A stretch of 64,000 nucleotides of DNA, from NCBI GenBank assembly GCA_965153285.1, contig OZ229110.1; one strand, given 5' to 3'. Under the pieces are notes generated by a model. It had not been told where the DNA came from. It saw only the letters and a program-made list of their open reading frames with translations, and made no database searches. Shown piece after piece: positions 22,229 through 34,463 of the stretch; position 1 is the first letter of the stretch, and each line of letters begins with the position of its first letter. Made by a program: the position numbers and the translations under genes. The stretch comes from Podarcis tiliguerta. Lineage: Eukaryota.

Positions 22229-22474
22229 TCCCTGCTGCAGTTGTACCAGTTGCTTTAAGGACTCAGGAACGGCAAAGATCTGGGTCTGGTTGTATCCGTG
22301 AACCCTTTTCATGTGTTACTACAAGACTCTTGACACAACCATTCCGGCGATAAAGGGTGGGTGGGAGGGCTATTTTAATTTGGATGGTGTTAGCTTGGGT
22401 AATGCTCAACAGAGGTGTGTTATACTAACCTTTCCCTCTTACTCTAGGTTTGCTGCATAGCACATTTGGGCACC

Positions 22475-22539
22475 ATGGTGGATTACTATGAAGTGCTGGG
22501 GGTGCCCCGTGGTGCCTCACCGGATGACATCAAAAAGGC
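22475..22539 (+). CDS. DNAJB2: DNAJB2 coding exon 1 ([22 protein letters not shown])
   Basis: accATGg Kozak; acceptor ctctag ends at 22447; donor gtaagt. Confidence 0.95.
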
Positions 22540-25500
22540 GTAAGTTGCATTCTCTCCATTTCTGACTCAGGCTACTGACTGCTAGTCCTGGTGCGGTGGT
22601 TATGAGTGTGACTGTGAGATGTGGAAGTGGTGGCACAGTGTACCTGGCCACAGTTTAGTGGAGGGCAGCCTGTTTAAGTTTGTGACAAGAATAATGAGCT
22701 CTCAGAACTCTGTGTTTCCCAGTGTTAGGGGATACAGGGTGGTTTTGTGGCAGTAAGTTGTATTGCCGACTTTGCCTTGGACTCTGATTAGCCTTGAACA
22801 CTGCATTTTCCCAGTGCTTTGGGTTTTTTCCTTTCTGCTTCCATCTTTTGGTTCCACTCGAGCTCCTAGTTTTCCTGTGGAGAACCTGGTAGCTACTAGT
22901 TTCAGGTCTAATGTACTTGATCTGAGAATCTGTTCTAGCTCTTGAGGTTGTTATGCAGGTACTTAGTTGCCAGATATTGAAAATTCACTTTTCTTGCGAC
23001 TCCTCAATTGAGGGCTGACTTATATTATGTTTGTCTGATTTCCCTCCACTGCCTAATTAACATTCACAAACCTTCTGCCTGCAGGAATACTATAGCATAT
23101 AAAAAAGGAGGCTTTAGATTGCCAAGAGAACAGATCAACATAAGTATTTAAATTCAGTTTCCAAACTACGTTTTGTATATTTTCCAAAAACCAAAGCACA
23201 TGCTGATTGGCTGCCATATCCGTTAAAACATGTTGATGTGTTATTAAATAGTGCCTTGGAGATTGATCCAAGGAGGCTGATCCAAAACTTTTGCTTGTGC
23301 AGCTTGTGTGAAGATTCAGATTTGATTTGATTTTTAAATGAGAAATCTACTAGAAGTAAAACTTAAAAAAAACCAGAATAGCCTTTTTCATGCAAAACTA
23401 TTGTTTTTAACCCTCCTTACGGAAAGATAATTGAATGGGAGAGGGATGGGCTGTTTGCAGGGCTGCTTCTGTTTTTGGAATGGGCACAGAGAGGTCTGCA
23501 CTCCAGAGGTGGACAACTTGGGTGTGCCCCCTTGCACAAGAATGAACAGAGGGAGAACGTGTTGACACTTAGTGCTGTGCCAGGAGATCTTTGTGGCACT
23601 GCAGTATAATGAAAGCTGTAGGATTCAAGAGTCTTTTGGCCCAAAATTTCCCCTTAGGGGAATGCCTCCACTCTGCTCCTTGTGTTAGCGCAGGCTGGAG
23701 CTGCCCTAAGGTAGCAGCACACCTGTAACAGGAGAGAGGTATTGTAGAAACCCTTGTTCCTCAGCCTCCCATGAAGCAAATTATCAGGTGAGCAAATCTC
23801 CAGGCTTGTTGTCTGCTCTTCCTTTGTGAAAGAGACTCTGCGGATCCTGTTTTGGAAGTGCAGCAATCTACTTGCCTTTGAAAAGCCAAGGAACTGTAAA
23901 TTGGCTTTTACTTTTAATTTTGTGGGTTTTGTGCTACTGTGGGAGTGAAGTGCCCCCTCGTGGAGGACAGATGGCAGAGCAATGACCGATGACCACTCTT
24001 GGTTGAGCTGGAGCTTCATCTGCTATGGCCACCAGCTGCTATCAGCTCCTGTGGGAAGAGAGAGAAGTCTGGTTTCACCTGGAAGCAAATGAGGATCATA
24101 AGTCCCACGTGTTGAAACTCCCTTCCCACAGAAGCAGAATGTCCACATAAGCAGAAAGGGGTGTGTGTAGGGTTGCTGCTAACTACAAGGGGGTGAATGT
24201 GTAGGCCAGTATGTGACCGGGGGGGTGGGGGTGGGAGAGAGAGAAGTTGTCTGTGGGCTTGGTTCTTGACAGGGCCTATACCGTAAGAATATACACCAAC
24301 CAAGCTATCATGGTTGTCTTGTCAAACAGGTACAGGAAGAAAGCCTTGCAGTGGCATCCGGATAAAAACCCAGATAACAAGGAACATGCTGAGCAGAAGT
24401 TCAAGGAGATAGCAGAAGCCTACGAAGTGCTATCGGACAGTAAGCATCGACTCTCTCCTCCGCCTTTCTTTCCCTCAGGCTGTTTCGGTTCATGTAGGGT
24501 CTTGGCCCTGGTTGTGGGCTGTTTCTGGAGACTGAGGAGATTTCCTGTTCCTTGTAAGAGAAGGGAAAAGAGTTTTATTCACAGGGTTAAGGTGCAGGTG
24601 TGGGACCTGCGGCCATCAAGATATGGTTGGGCAACAGCTCCTGTAAGCCCAGACTGGCTGGGGCTGGTGGGAGGTTCCTCCCTCCCCCCAGCCCCCATTT
24701 TTATTTAGCAAAATAAAACGAAGCAGAGAAGGGAGAAAAAGAGGCACGTTTTTCAAGCAGAGGCAGAACACTAGCAAGCGAAGGCATATAAAAGGACGTA
24801 GCAAAAGTGCCCTTTGGAGACGCCTTTAAATGAGTGGGTGAAGGCTACTTCGAAGGGTGCGTTGCAAGTCTCTTCATGTTCCTGTTTTCCTTGGAGGTTT
24901 TTAAGCAGAGGTTGGATGGCCATCTGTCATGGATGCTTTAGCTGAGATTGCTGCATTGCAGGGGGTTGGACTAGATGACTGAGGGTCCCTTCCAACACCT
25001 CAATTCTACGATTCCTCTTTTAAACCTCCCACATTGTGTTTAAAGGGGAAGTGCGGAATGACTTTCCCAAAGCTCTGGGAAGAATTTTGACGGGTGTCAG
25101 CCCCACCCTCCTGTCAGACATGTGATGCCATCATCATGTCATGTGGTTGGCTGGCCAGTTCTGTCCACCTGTCAAATTGGGCCCTGTGGCCAAACCTCCA
25201 GTGTCTGGCCTCTGGAGCCAAAAAGGTTTCCCATCCCTGTAATAGTGAAACTAGAAGCTGAGAGGTAAAGTCGAGAGCCCCCACCTAAGCCTTGTGGGAC
25301 AATTGGCCATTAGGACAGGCTACTTGAGGAAGATTGGGCTTCCTTTGAAATGAGAGCCTTTTAAGCTAGATTAAATGGAAGGTGTGTTTCATTAACTGTT
25401 CTCTCTCTCAGCCCCTAGCTGTAGTATGATTCCAATTTTGCTGGCTGACTTTTCACAGTTGTTGCAAGTTTTTCTGAAATAATGCAATGTTTTCTGAGCA

Positions 25501-28500
25501 TGCTATGCAAATTACTACTAATTATTAACCCAGGCAGGACTAGCTTTGGGTAGACAAGGCAAGGACTCAGTAACATTCCCTGCCCCGAAGTCCATGTGTG
25601 GCCGGGGGGGGGGGGGCTGTGTCCCAACTAAGTCAGTGGCAGACATGTCTGCTTGAGCCTCACCTCTTTTTTGTGGGCAGCTATCTAACCAGGTGCTTTC
25701 TGATTTCAGAGAGCAAGCGTGAAGTCTATGACCGATATGGCAAAGATGGGCTCATGGGTCAAGGTAAGGAGCTTGGTCAAGATCTGGGTTATCCTGACAA
25801 ATATCATCAAAAACCAGGATCGGGTTCAAAGCAGCTTTCTGCATTGCCAAGAGGGCGAGAACAAAGATGGCAACAGATAGCTTATGTGCAGCTCCGAAAC
25901 ATACAGGCCTTCTGCATTAGCTACTTTAGCTGTTATCATAGAAGTGTGATTGAGCAACTTTCACAGGGAGCAATTTCCTGGGAGAAATTTGCAGAGTTGG
26001 GTAACTTCTTTGGGAGCAGAATATTACTAAGGTCTTGGCTGCCTTGTCAGTTCCAAACCAAAGCAGCTGTGGTGCAGTTAGGCCTTTCACGGCCCAAACA
26101 GCCATTTTTTTGTGATTCTTAACAGTTTTGTTTTTCTGTTCTGTAAAATGGGTTTGTCCAGCTCTGTAGCCCTTCTGTGGCTTTTGACCCATGAATCAGT
26201 GCTTGATTAAACTATTTCCAGGGGCTGCAGACATATCAAGGCATGGCTGGCTGGCAGGCTGCAGGTTTGCTGGGCCTTTGATGTAAATGATTTTAGTTAT
26301 CTAGTACCCCTAAGCCAGAGGTTTTCAAGCTTTCTGAGTCCCATTTTCAAACACCCTCCCTTCTGGGGTGTTCCCAGGCCACAGCTGCCCCAAAGAAAGG
26401 TGCCTTCTCACACTGTCCCACAGGGGCCTGGGAAGCACCCCCTGGCCAGCCTCAGAGGCACCATTTGCCTGAGGAGCTTGTAGCCAGGGCTGCTGCAACA
26501 AACAACTGTGCAAGCCTTTGGGAGGCAGAGACACAAGAGGGCATCAGAGGAGGGAGAGAAGAAAAGAGGGACAGAAACCAACGTTGCCCGTGGCACCCCT
26601 GACCATCATTCAAGGCGCTCCAGGGTGCCACAGCCTTAACCTTGGTAAACAGTAAGCCAGTGTCTTGGTGTGAGGAAAATAAAGCTTCACATTTGGTCTC
26701 TCCTTCCCCCACAGGTGGGCCCTCCGGGTCAAGACCACACCCAGGACCCGAATTCACCTTCACTTTCCGCAGCGCCCACGACGTCTTCCGGGATTTCTTT
26801 GGAGGGCACGATCCGTTTGCTGACTTTTTTGGTGTGCATTGGGTTTGATCCTCATTTGTTTTGCAAGGGGATTTTATCTGAGTAGGGAGGGAAGACCCTA
26901 TCTGCTGTCTCTGGACTTCAAAACTATGAGGACAGTCAGTGGTATCCCAAAGACAACCAGTACCTGAGAGATGGAAGGAACTAGTAACGAAGAATATCAT
27001 TGCTATCTGGTTGTGTCAGGCCCAGGGTTCCTCTCGCTGGGTTTTCCTTTTACCATATAGGGCACTTCTGTGGAGAGTGCAGTAGGGTTTTGTTACTCAT
27101 TCCCTGCTCCACCCTGCCCCATTCCTACAGGAAATTCTATGACCTACATGCTACTGTTGTGGTTTGGGTTATGCCAGGTCTGTTGGTGTTTTCTTGTGTG
27201 AACTTGGTGTTACTTTATTTTGTTGTTTAGTCGTTCAGTCGTGTCCGACTCTTCGTGACCCCATGGACCAGAGCATGCCAGGCACTTCTGTCTTCCACTT
27301 TATTTTACCTGCATATAAATTCCTTCATGAGGAAGCTCAGAGTGATTAAGCAGTGCAGTCTCCCATCCAGGATGCATGAGGCTGAGACCCGCTTAGCTTT
27401 GACAATGTAACCCTGTTGCCCTCCTGGCATTTCTGGACTGCAATTCCCATCATTCTTCCCTCACCATTGGACATGGTGCCTGGTGTTGATGGGAGTTGGA
27501 GTCCAACAGCATATGGAGGACCCAAAGCCTTAAAGCCAGGCCAGAACATTCTCCAGAACTCCTTGTGCAGCTGAGGAGAGTAAAGGGAGAGGAGGGGGAC
27601 TTAGACAGTGAACAGTCCCTCCTTTTTGGATCATTTCCAGATTACAAGAAACCAGATCCTTTCTGGGGAACCAGATCCCTCCTAGTTAGACATGGGCCAA
27701 ATGTTGGCACTGGCTTTAGTACAGACCTCGTGCTTATCCAGAACTTCTGTGTTAGGGAAGGGAAATGCTCCCCTCTGTGTGATGCAATTGGATCAGCTCA
27801 GTGGCTGTCCACACCCACTCCTGGCACTGGGTGGTTTCTTGCAGCTCAGGGAGGCTCTGGCAAGGCAATAAAACTTGTGTGGAAGGAAGCAGCAGCAGCA
27901 GTGTGGTACAAGATACATGAATCAGAACTGCGGGCAGATAGTAGGCCAGAATACAAAGGGTATGGATCTGCATGCTTTTGAGTAGCAGTCTCCCTGCAGA
28001 GGAATGTAGTGGTTGACGATCTCTTCTTTGGACCTCTTTCCAGACGATCCATTCGCAGACCTTCGACCTGGACCACGGCACCCTGGGGCAGGGCCATTTT
28101 TCTCTCCCTTTGCAGCATCGCCAGGTAAGGAAGGAACAGCTGGAAGGATTTGCCTGCCCACCTGCTCCTCACTGTGGCCTCCAGTTCCCCACCCTGGTTC
28201 CAACTGCACTTGGACCCTTGCTGTAGGGTTGACTTCTCCCTGGGACTGTGTGCTTTGCACACTGTGACCTGGTGGCCACTTTTGCAAGGCTACATTCTTT
28301 CTCCTATTTGCCCCTCCTTGGAATCTCAAAGGAAAGCTTTCCTGCCTGGTGTCTCTTTTCCTTTGCTGGTTCATCTCCCCTGGCCTTGGTGTCAGCTGCA
28401 CCCTTCCTTGTCAGTGATTCTGGCGCACTCTCTCTTTCAGACTTCTTCTCCCCAGGGCTTGGTCCTGCTATGAATGCAGGAATGGGCTTCCGCTCTGTCT

Positions 28501-28828
28501 CCACCTCCACCAGATTCATCAATGGCAAGCGGATTACTACCAAGAGGTAAGCTTAGGAGGATGTTTTAATCCATTGGCCTACTGTCTTCTGGCCTTGTCA
28601 CGCAGATTTTGGGCCCTCTTGAGGAACGACCAAGCCCATTCTTTCTGTTTTCTCCCTGGCCCTCCTCCCCTTCTCATTTCTGCTATCTTGTTTCTGTATG
28701 ATGCACAGAGTAAGCTATGGGGAGGATATCTAGAAGTTTTATATTGACTCAGGCCACTGGTCCATCTAAGTGAAGCGATGGGAAAGCCACACAATCTGTA
28801 CCAGATTGGGGATGCATTCCTTATTTAC

Positions 28829-28865
<37 letters not shown>

Positions 28866-31170
28866 CGCGCGCGCACTAGCTCTTTCTTGTTACTGGTCAT
28901 TTTATCAGCAGCAAGTTGGGGAAATCCCATGGCCCCTGGTATTTTAGACCTTTTAGCAGCTTGCTCACATGTTGCGTCCCAGAGAGTTAGAGGTTTACTT
29001 GCTTTGTAGCCTCGTAACTTTTATAAAATGCAGTCCCTCTGGTGATCATGTGTTTGCAGTGGATTGTACAGGGTAACACCTCTCCCTCCCCCCCCCCCAC
29101 TGTCCTACAGCATAACTGAAAAGGTTAAAGTGTACAGGAGAAGTCAAATTTGTGCATTGATGCTGACCTTTCGACACTCCAGACCTGTCCCTCAAATCTA
29201 GTGGAATGAGGCTGGCCTCATAAAAAATACAAAAGACATAATACATTAAAAAAATGAGATTCTAAGTTGATGCTTTTGTGCAAAAACTCTCATCTGTAGA
29301 ACAAAATATTTTTATTGATCTCTCTTCTTCAAAAATAAATTTTAAGAGCAGCTTCAAATAATTTTTTGGTGTTTGTCTTTGAAAAATATAATGAAGGCGA
29401 GCAGGTGCATAATTACAGGTATGGTAGTAAGAGAACTGTGGTTGCTATTATGGGATTAATCATGCACCCAAACTGTAAGCAAAGGCTAAACAATAGACAT
29501 GTTTGTAGCCATGCAACTTAATGTTTTCTCCAGTTCAACATTGCTGGGGGAAGGTTTTGCATGGTTTTATGTGCTCTTCACAAAGTCATTTCACTTTTCT
29601 GTCCCTACCCCTTCCCCCTTGTTCTCCAGGATCATCGAAAATGGGCAGGAGAGGGTGGAAGTGGAAGAAAACGGGGAGCTGAAATCCATCCAAATTAATG
29701 GTATGGGACTAAAAAGGGAGATGTATCCTGAGTTTCTTTTCTCTGTAGTCAGCCATGCACAGCTCTCTCCAGCTGAGAGCAGAAATGTGAGCTTCTCTGG
29801 ACGCCTGCTGCCTTCTGTGTGATCTCAACCTGTCTCCTGGGAGACAGAGAAAGTAATAGACCCTCATCCCCATGGAGCGCCTCTGACATTTAATCTACAA
29901 CTTGTGAAAAGCTTTGTGAAAAATGTGCCCCCCCCACCAAGCGGTAGGATGCCTGTGTGCCAACCTCTGAGACATTTGGGGGTTGGAAGGGATCTCCCCA
30001 GCACTCCTGGCCTCTTTCTTAAGCATAGGCTGGAGGAAGGAGGGGGGCTTTTCAGACTTGTGGTGGAATGGCTTGGAGAGGTAAAATAAGAGATGAATGT
30101 GATAATAGCATAAGCCAGGCTGAGGAACGGAAGAGAGCTGTGGGAGAGCTAGGAAAGTTTTCACCTGGGCCTTAAGACATCCATTACCCACAAAGTGCGG
30201 TGCATATATTGAAGAAGGGAAGCAGCCCAGCGTAGTCACCTTCAACTTTTTCAGACGCAGATCTTGCCTTTAATTTCAAAAATGCATTCAGGGGTCAACT
30301 TCTTCATTATTATTATTTTCTAACCACATATTTCTCTGGTGGTAGCGTTGCTGTTGCAACCATTTTTAGGCTGGGCTGCAAATCCTTACCCACCGGCTGA
30401 AGATCCTGGGGCAGGAGTCCTCAACCATTTTGGGTGGTTTTGGAAATCTCAAATACCGTTGTGGGCACCACAACAACTGGCAATACTCGGGCATAATAGC
30501 TGCATGCCCCCCATGTCAATTAAAAATATTGTTTGGAAATGGCAGGCCTCTTGTTGGGTCCCAAGGAGGTGTCTGAGGACGCTGTGGTGCCCACGGGCAC
30601 AATGTTGGGGACCCCACATCTAGGGTGCTTGGCCTTTCTGGGCAAGGCCATAGCAATGATGGGAGGGGGAAAGTATACTTGGGGTGCCTTCTTTGGACAA
30701 CTGTTGGCTCAACCCCTTCCCTTTCAGGTGTTCCAGACGACTTGGCCCTCGGCCTGGAGCTGAGCCGGCGGGACCAGCAAGCTGTGCAAAGCCGCAAGCC
30801 AGCCCCTTCCTCGCCGGCGCCGCAGCACCCGCCCCCCAAGCGCCCGTCCCCCAGTTCGTCCCCTGTGATCTTGTACACCGACAGCGACGAGGACGATGAG
30901 GACCTGCAGCTGGCGATGGCCTACAGCCTGTCTGAAATGGAGGCCAAGGGCCAGCACAGAGCAGGTGCGAGAAGCCCCTCGAAAAAGCAGCCCCCTGGAA
31001 AAGCGCAGTTGCCACAGGGGAGCCACGCCACGGACAGCCAGGCGGACAGGCTGTCCAAGACCCCCTCTAAATCCCCCTCGGGGGCCGTGGGAGGGAGCGG
31101 ACGGGGAAAGGGCAGAGGCAAAGACTCCTCCCCTAAGAAGAAGAAAGATGCGCAGTGCAGCCTCCTCTGA
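22475..31170 (+). CDS. DNAJB2: DNAJB2 (HSJ1) long isoform, HSJ1b-like: 348 aa with J-domain, two UIMs and CaaX CSLL
   Basis: Exons 22475-22539, 24330-24439, 25710-25763, 26715-26831, 28044-28124, 28441-28546, 29630-29700 and 30728-31170. UIMs [16 protein letters not shown] and [16 protein letters not shown] match DNAJB2. Convergent with PTPRN, as in mammals. Confidence 0.95.
24330..24439 (+). CDS. DNAJB2: DNAJB2 coding exon 2 (HPD motif)
   Basis: [36 protein letters not shown]. Confidence 0.95.
24887..25014 (+). mobile_element. CR1 3'-end fragment
   Basis: ccttggaggtttttaagcagagg...gggggttggactagatgac...cccttccaac..attctacgattc. Confidence 0.8.
25710..25763 (+). CDS. DNAJB2: DNAJB2 coding exon 3
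   Basis: [19 protein letters not shown]; tttcag|...|gtaagg. Confidence 0.95.
26715..26831 (+). CDS. DNAJB2: DNAJB2 coding exon 4
   Basis: [29 protein letters not shown]. Confidence 0.95.
27220..27298 (-). mobile_element. RTE/BovB 3'-end fragment
   Basis: tgttgtttagtcgttcagtcgtgtccgactcttcgtgaccccatggac is the reverse complement of the BovB 3' end. Confidence 0.8.
28044..28124 (+). CDS. DNAJB2: DNAJB2 coding exon 5
   Basis: [27 protein letters not shown]; ttccag|...|gtaagg. Confidence 0.9.
28441..28546 (+). CDS. DNAJB2: DNAJB2 coding exon 6
   Basis: [23 protein letters not shown]. Confidence 0.95.
28829..28874. repeat. Compound (GT)n(GA)n(GC)n microsatellite
   Basis: Direct reading. Confidence 0.9.
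29630..29700 (+). CDS. DNAJB2: DNAJB2 coding exon 7
   Basis: [24 protein letters not shown]. Confidence 0.95.
30728..31170 (+). CDS. DNAJB2: DNAJB2 UIM exon; long-isoform read-through to CaaX, internal donor at 30964/30965 for the short isoform
   Basis: Two UIMs; GCAG|gtgcga internal donor; ends [11 protein letters not shown]. Confidence 0.93.
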
Positions 31171-31644
31171 GCCGGCCTGAGACTGGGCTTTCATTGGTTG
31201 GTGCGCTTGGGACCCTGGCCAATGGAGGAGCGGGGGGTTGTTCCACCAGGACCAGCTGCCGTGATGCGTCACTGGCAGAATCGCCCGAAGGCCCACCCGG
31301 TCAGAAGAGGAGGTGCTGCTGCTGCTGCTACTGAGTAAAGGGCAGGAGCAAATTTTGTTAGCTCTGTGTGTGTGTAATTTAGCATGGAGAGGCATTGGCC
31401 CAGGCAGCTCCTGCACAGAAAGCCCTGGTGCCTTCAGCAAGTGCAGGCTGTGCTGTCTGCCTTGCTGCTCTAGTGCATGGCTTGGCTGTATGTCCCTGTT
31501 GTTCTCCTGTATGCATAGATCCACGGGGGGTGGGGGGGCGGGAGGGGGCTGTGCTCTTGGCTGCCACTGCTTGCCCTGGGCACTAAAGGAAGCGAATGCA
31601 TTGCTTCTGCCCCAGGGTTTTGTATCAGCAATTTGGGGGAGCTG

Positions 31645-31710
31645 ATATATATATATATTTATTATTATTATTATTATTTTATTATTATTAATGTATTTAT
31701 TTTTATTATT
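31645..31710. repeat. (AT)n/(TTA)n AT-rich repeat in the DNAJB2 long-isoform 3'UTR
   Basis: Direct reading. Confidence 0.85.
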
Positions 31711-33979
31711 GTCACGTCCCAAATAACAGAATGTGATGGCCTATGTTGAGGGCCGTCCTCTAAATTTGCCCTGGATCCGAGTGCCTTTTCTGCACTAACA
31801 TCCCCTCCCGTCTCCATGAATGGTACCAAATCCTGTGCCTTTATCCCCCGACCACTGCTACTGGGGGGAGTGGGTGGGCAACAACCCCTATATGTGAAGG
31901 GCTAGTGAGAACTCAACCTGCGCTGAAGGTGGTGGCCATCCTACAGTGGGTAGCAGCAGAGCGGTCTGTTGATGGGCCGAGATGTCAGAGAAGGCACAGC
32001 TCTGAGAGAGGACTCTGCTCTCTTCCGCTTACTTGGCAGCGCTGCCCATTTTCAGCCTTGGGGGGGGGGGGCAGCCTAGGCATGGAGACTCGCGTAGGAA
32101 CTGCCTTAGGCCCTAACGCTTGAGCACCCAACTTCCTGTGCAGAGGAAGAGAGGGGAGGTACCACAGGGGGGCAGGGAGGTCTGAACACGGACCAGGCTA
32201 CATTAGTTGTATCTGTCATGACAATGTAGTTGAAAGGCACTTCCTGCTTTTGGAACTTCCTGGGGACTGAGGAATGTGTGAGACATAACGCATGTAGGTT
32301 TATACCTCTGTGGAGAACCTGTGGCTCCTCCAGATGGTGCTGGAACGCAACTCCCAGTATCCCTGACTTTTGGCTGAGGCTAATGGGAGCAACATCTGGA
32401 TGGCCACAGAGGTTCCCCTTACCTGCCCTGTAGTTTGCAAGTGCATGCCATCTTCCCCTGCAGCTTTTGCCTGCCCCTAAACCAGTGGTTCTCAACCCTG
32501 CTTGCTGGCGTCTTGCACCACTCCCTGCAGCTGTGACCTCCTCCTTTCCCCCTCCCCTGCTTCCCAGGGCCTTTGCACCCTCCTCTTTCTCTCCCTGGTC
32601 CCTTTTGTGTCTAACGTAACCCCCAGTGGCAGGCCCTGGATAAGGCTTCGGTGGATGCTCGATGTAGGAATGTAACTTGTTGGTGCCCTTTCTCTCTCTC
32701 TCTGCTGTTGTTGCTGCTGCCGCTGCCGCCACTGCTTGTCTCCTCACCTGCCCATCCCTCCCTCCTGTGCTTCCCATGCCACAGACCCTGATGGACAGGC
32801 ATACTCTGTCTGATGCCCCTCCATGCTGCCTCTCTGCAGGTAACCCTCAAGTGTTCATTTTGTCCAGTTGGTTGAAATGGCAAAGGATCTGCAGGGTGGT
32901 TCTGTTGATGGTTTTTAAAAAATAATAATAATAGCAGAGCTGTGTATATTTCCTACACAGCCTGGCATTTTGCCATACAAGGCTGCCTATCTTTTAAAGT
33001 GAGTTTCTGGCTGTTGAGATGCAGCCGCTTCCATGTGCTTTCCCTTCCTCTCTTCTTTTCTATCACCTGTTTCTGGATTCCAAAATATCCAGAGGTTGGG
33101 TTTTTTTTTGGGGGGGTGTAGGGGGTATTAATTGGCTTGTAGAGCCAGGGGGCAAATGCATTTTTGAAAATGCTTAAATATTTGTTGATAGGAAAGTGCA
33201 GTTTATCAACAGACCTTAGATTTGTAGGTTGCAGTGTTTTATTCTGGGTTTGGAGCAGAATGCATGAACCTCAGGCCCATTAGGCCGCTTCCCCCCAAAC
33301 CATGCTCCTATCCATCTGCTGACATCAGCTGATGAGCAGGGGATGATGTTTTGTTTTGTGTTGGCTGCACATGTCAGTTCCCCACAATGTGTTGTTGTGC
33401 AGCCAAAGTAGCAGGATGCAACCCCCTCCCCCAATCAGCTGATGAGAGAGAGGATAAATCTTGTTCAGAATTTTTCAGTCCCGCTGGGTGCTGCTTTGCC
33501 AGTGTATTTCCTGAGGCGAACATGTTGGCAAAGCAGACCGCCCCCATGGGTCAACTTTGACAGGTGAGTGGAATCATCAGATGATTGACTGGTGGTCAAA
33601 GTTGGCTTGTGGGGTGTGAGGAGATAAAGACCTGTCTGACCTGGTTGTCCACTCCTAGTTTGGCAGTACGGAATATGCACAGCCCTAGTGCTTATGATTG
33701 TGGTAATTGATCTGCCCCAAATCTCTCTTGCTTTTGTGTGCACATTCCACGCTACAAGATTCCTCATTAGTCCTTGCCCTGATATATCCCAGCACTGGGT
33801 ACTGTTTGAGGGAGGGTGATAGATCCCCTCACAGGGATTGGGCGGATTCACATAATTCAGTTGGCAAGGTGAGGACATGGCTTCAGCTTGTGGCTGTGGC
33901 CAAGTAGGGCCTAGAAACAGCTTCAATTCATAAGCCTCAGTTGGAGTGCGCTCCCTAATTCATCACATCATTATAGAAG

Positions 33980-34123
33980 CACCACATAGCTCAGTTGGTA
34001 GAGCATGGGACTCTTAATCTCAGGGTCGTGGGTTTGAGCCCCACGTTGGGCAAAAGAGTCCTGCATTGCAGGGAGTAGGTGACCCTTGTGGCCCATTCCA
34101 ACGCTACATTTCTATTATTCTGT
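33980..34123 (+). mobile_element. tRNA-Lys(CTT)-derived SINE with CR1-type 3' tail
   Basis: Head nearly identical to tRNA-Lys-CTT (tagctcagttggtagagcatgggactcttaatctcagggtcgtgggtttgagccccacgttgggc) but the 5' acceptor stem is broken. Tail cctgcattgcaggg...cccattccaac..ttctattattctgtg resembles CR1. Confidence 0.8.
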
Positions 34124-34327
34124 GTGAAGGCCTCTAAGAGCTCCACTGGTTAATATAGAATTGGGTGTTGAACATTGCCCATATGTGAGGCCACCAAGAG
34201 AACATATTTAATCTGCTCTGAGCTCCTTTTGTAGGAAAGATTGCCTATAAATAACAAAAACAGGTGAGTTTGCCTCTCCTCTGTGTACAACCTGGGGCTC
34301 CACTTCTCCATAAGCACAGCTTGAACC

Positions 34328-34463
34328 TAGTGCTCTTCAGCTTTGGAGCCCAAGGTGATGTTGGACTACAACTCCCAACATACCTGATCATTGGCTAAAC
34401 TGGCTGGGGATGATGGGAGTTGTAGTTCAACAACATCCAGGGGCCCAAGGTTGAACAACACTG
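34328..34463. mobile_element. Palindromic MITE of the same family; other degraded copies near 27.4, 32.3, 34.6, 36.2, 38.5, 39.6, 41.8, 43.2, 45.4, 47.6, 51.0, 52.3 and 57.2 kb
   Basis: ggactacaactccca...gctggggatgatgggagttgtagt core; boundaries approximate. Confidence 0.65.

Noticed and set aside
25503-25510. miR-153 8-mer seed match CTATGCAA in DNAJB2
   Set aside because: Intronic; I saw no 7-8mer site in the DNAJB2 3'UTRs (only a 6-mer at about 31510), so there is no support for local miR-153 targeting
31186-31272. CCAAT boxes and TGCGTCA just after the DNAJB2 long-isoform stop
   Set aside because: Short motifs in GC-rich exon/UTR sequence; no other evidence of an internal promoter
30724-31722. 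332-aa minus-strand ORF
   Set aside because: Antisense to the GC-rich DNAJB2 last exon; starts in an AT microsatellite; no recognisable domain
33980-34052. Functional tRNA-Lys(CTT) gene
   Set aside because: 5' acceptor stem does not pair, T-loop TTCGA is changed to TTTGA, there is no oligo-T terminator, and it is fused to a CR1 tail, so it is a SINE head
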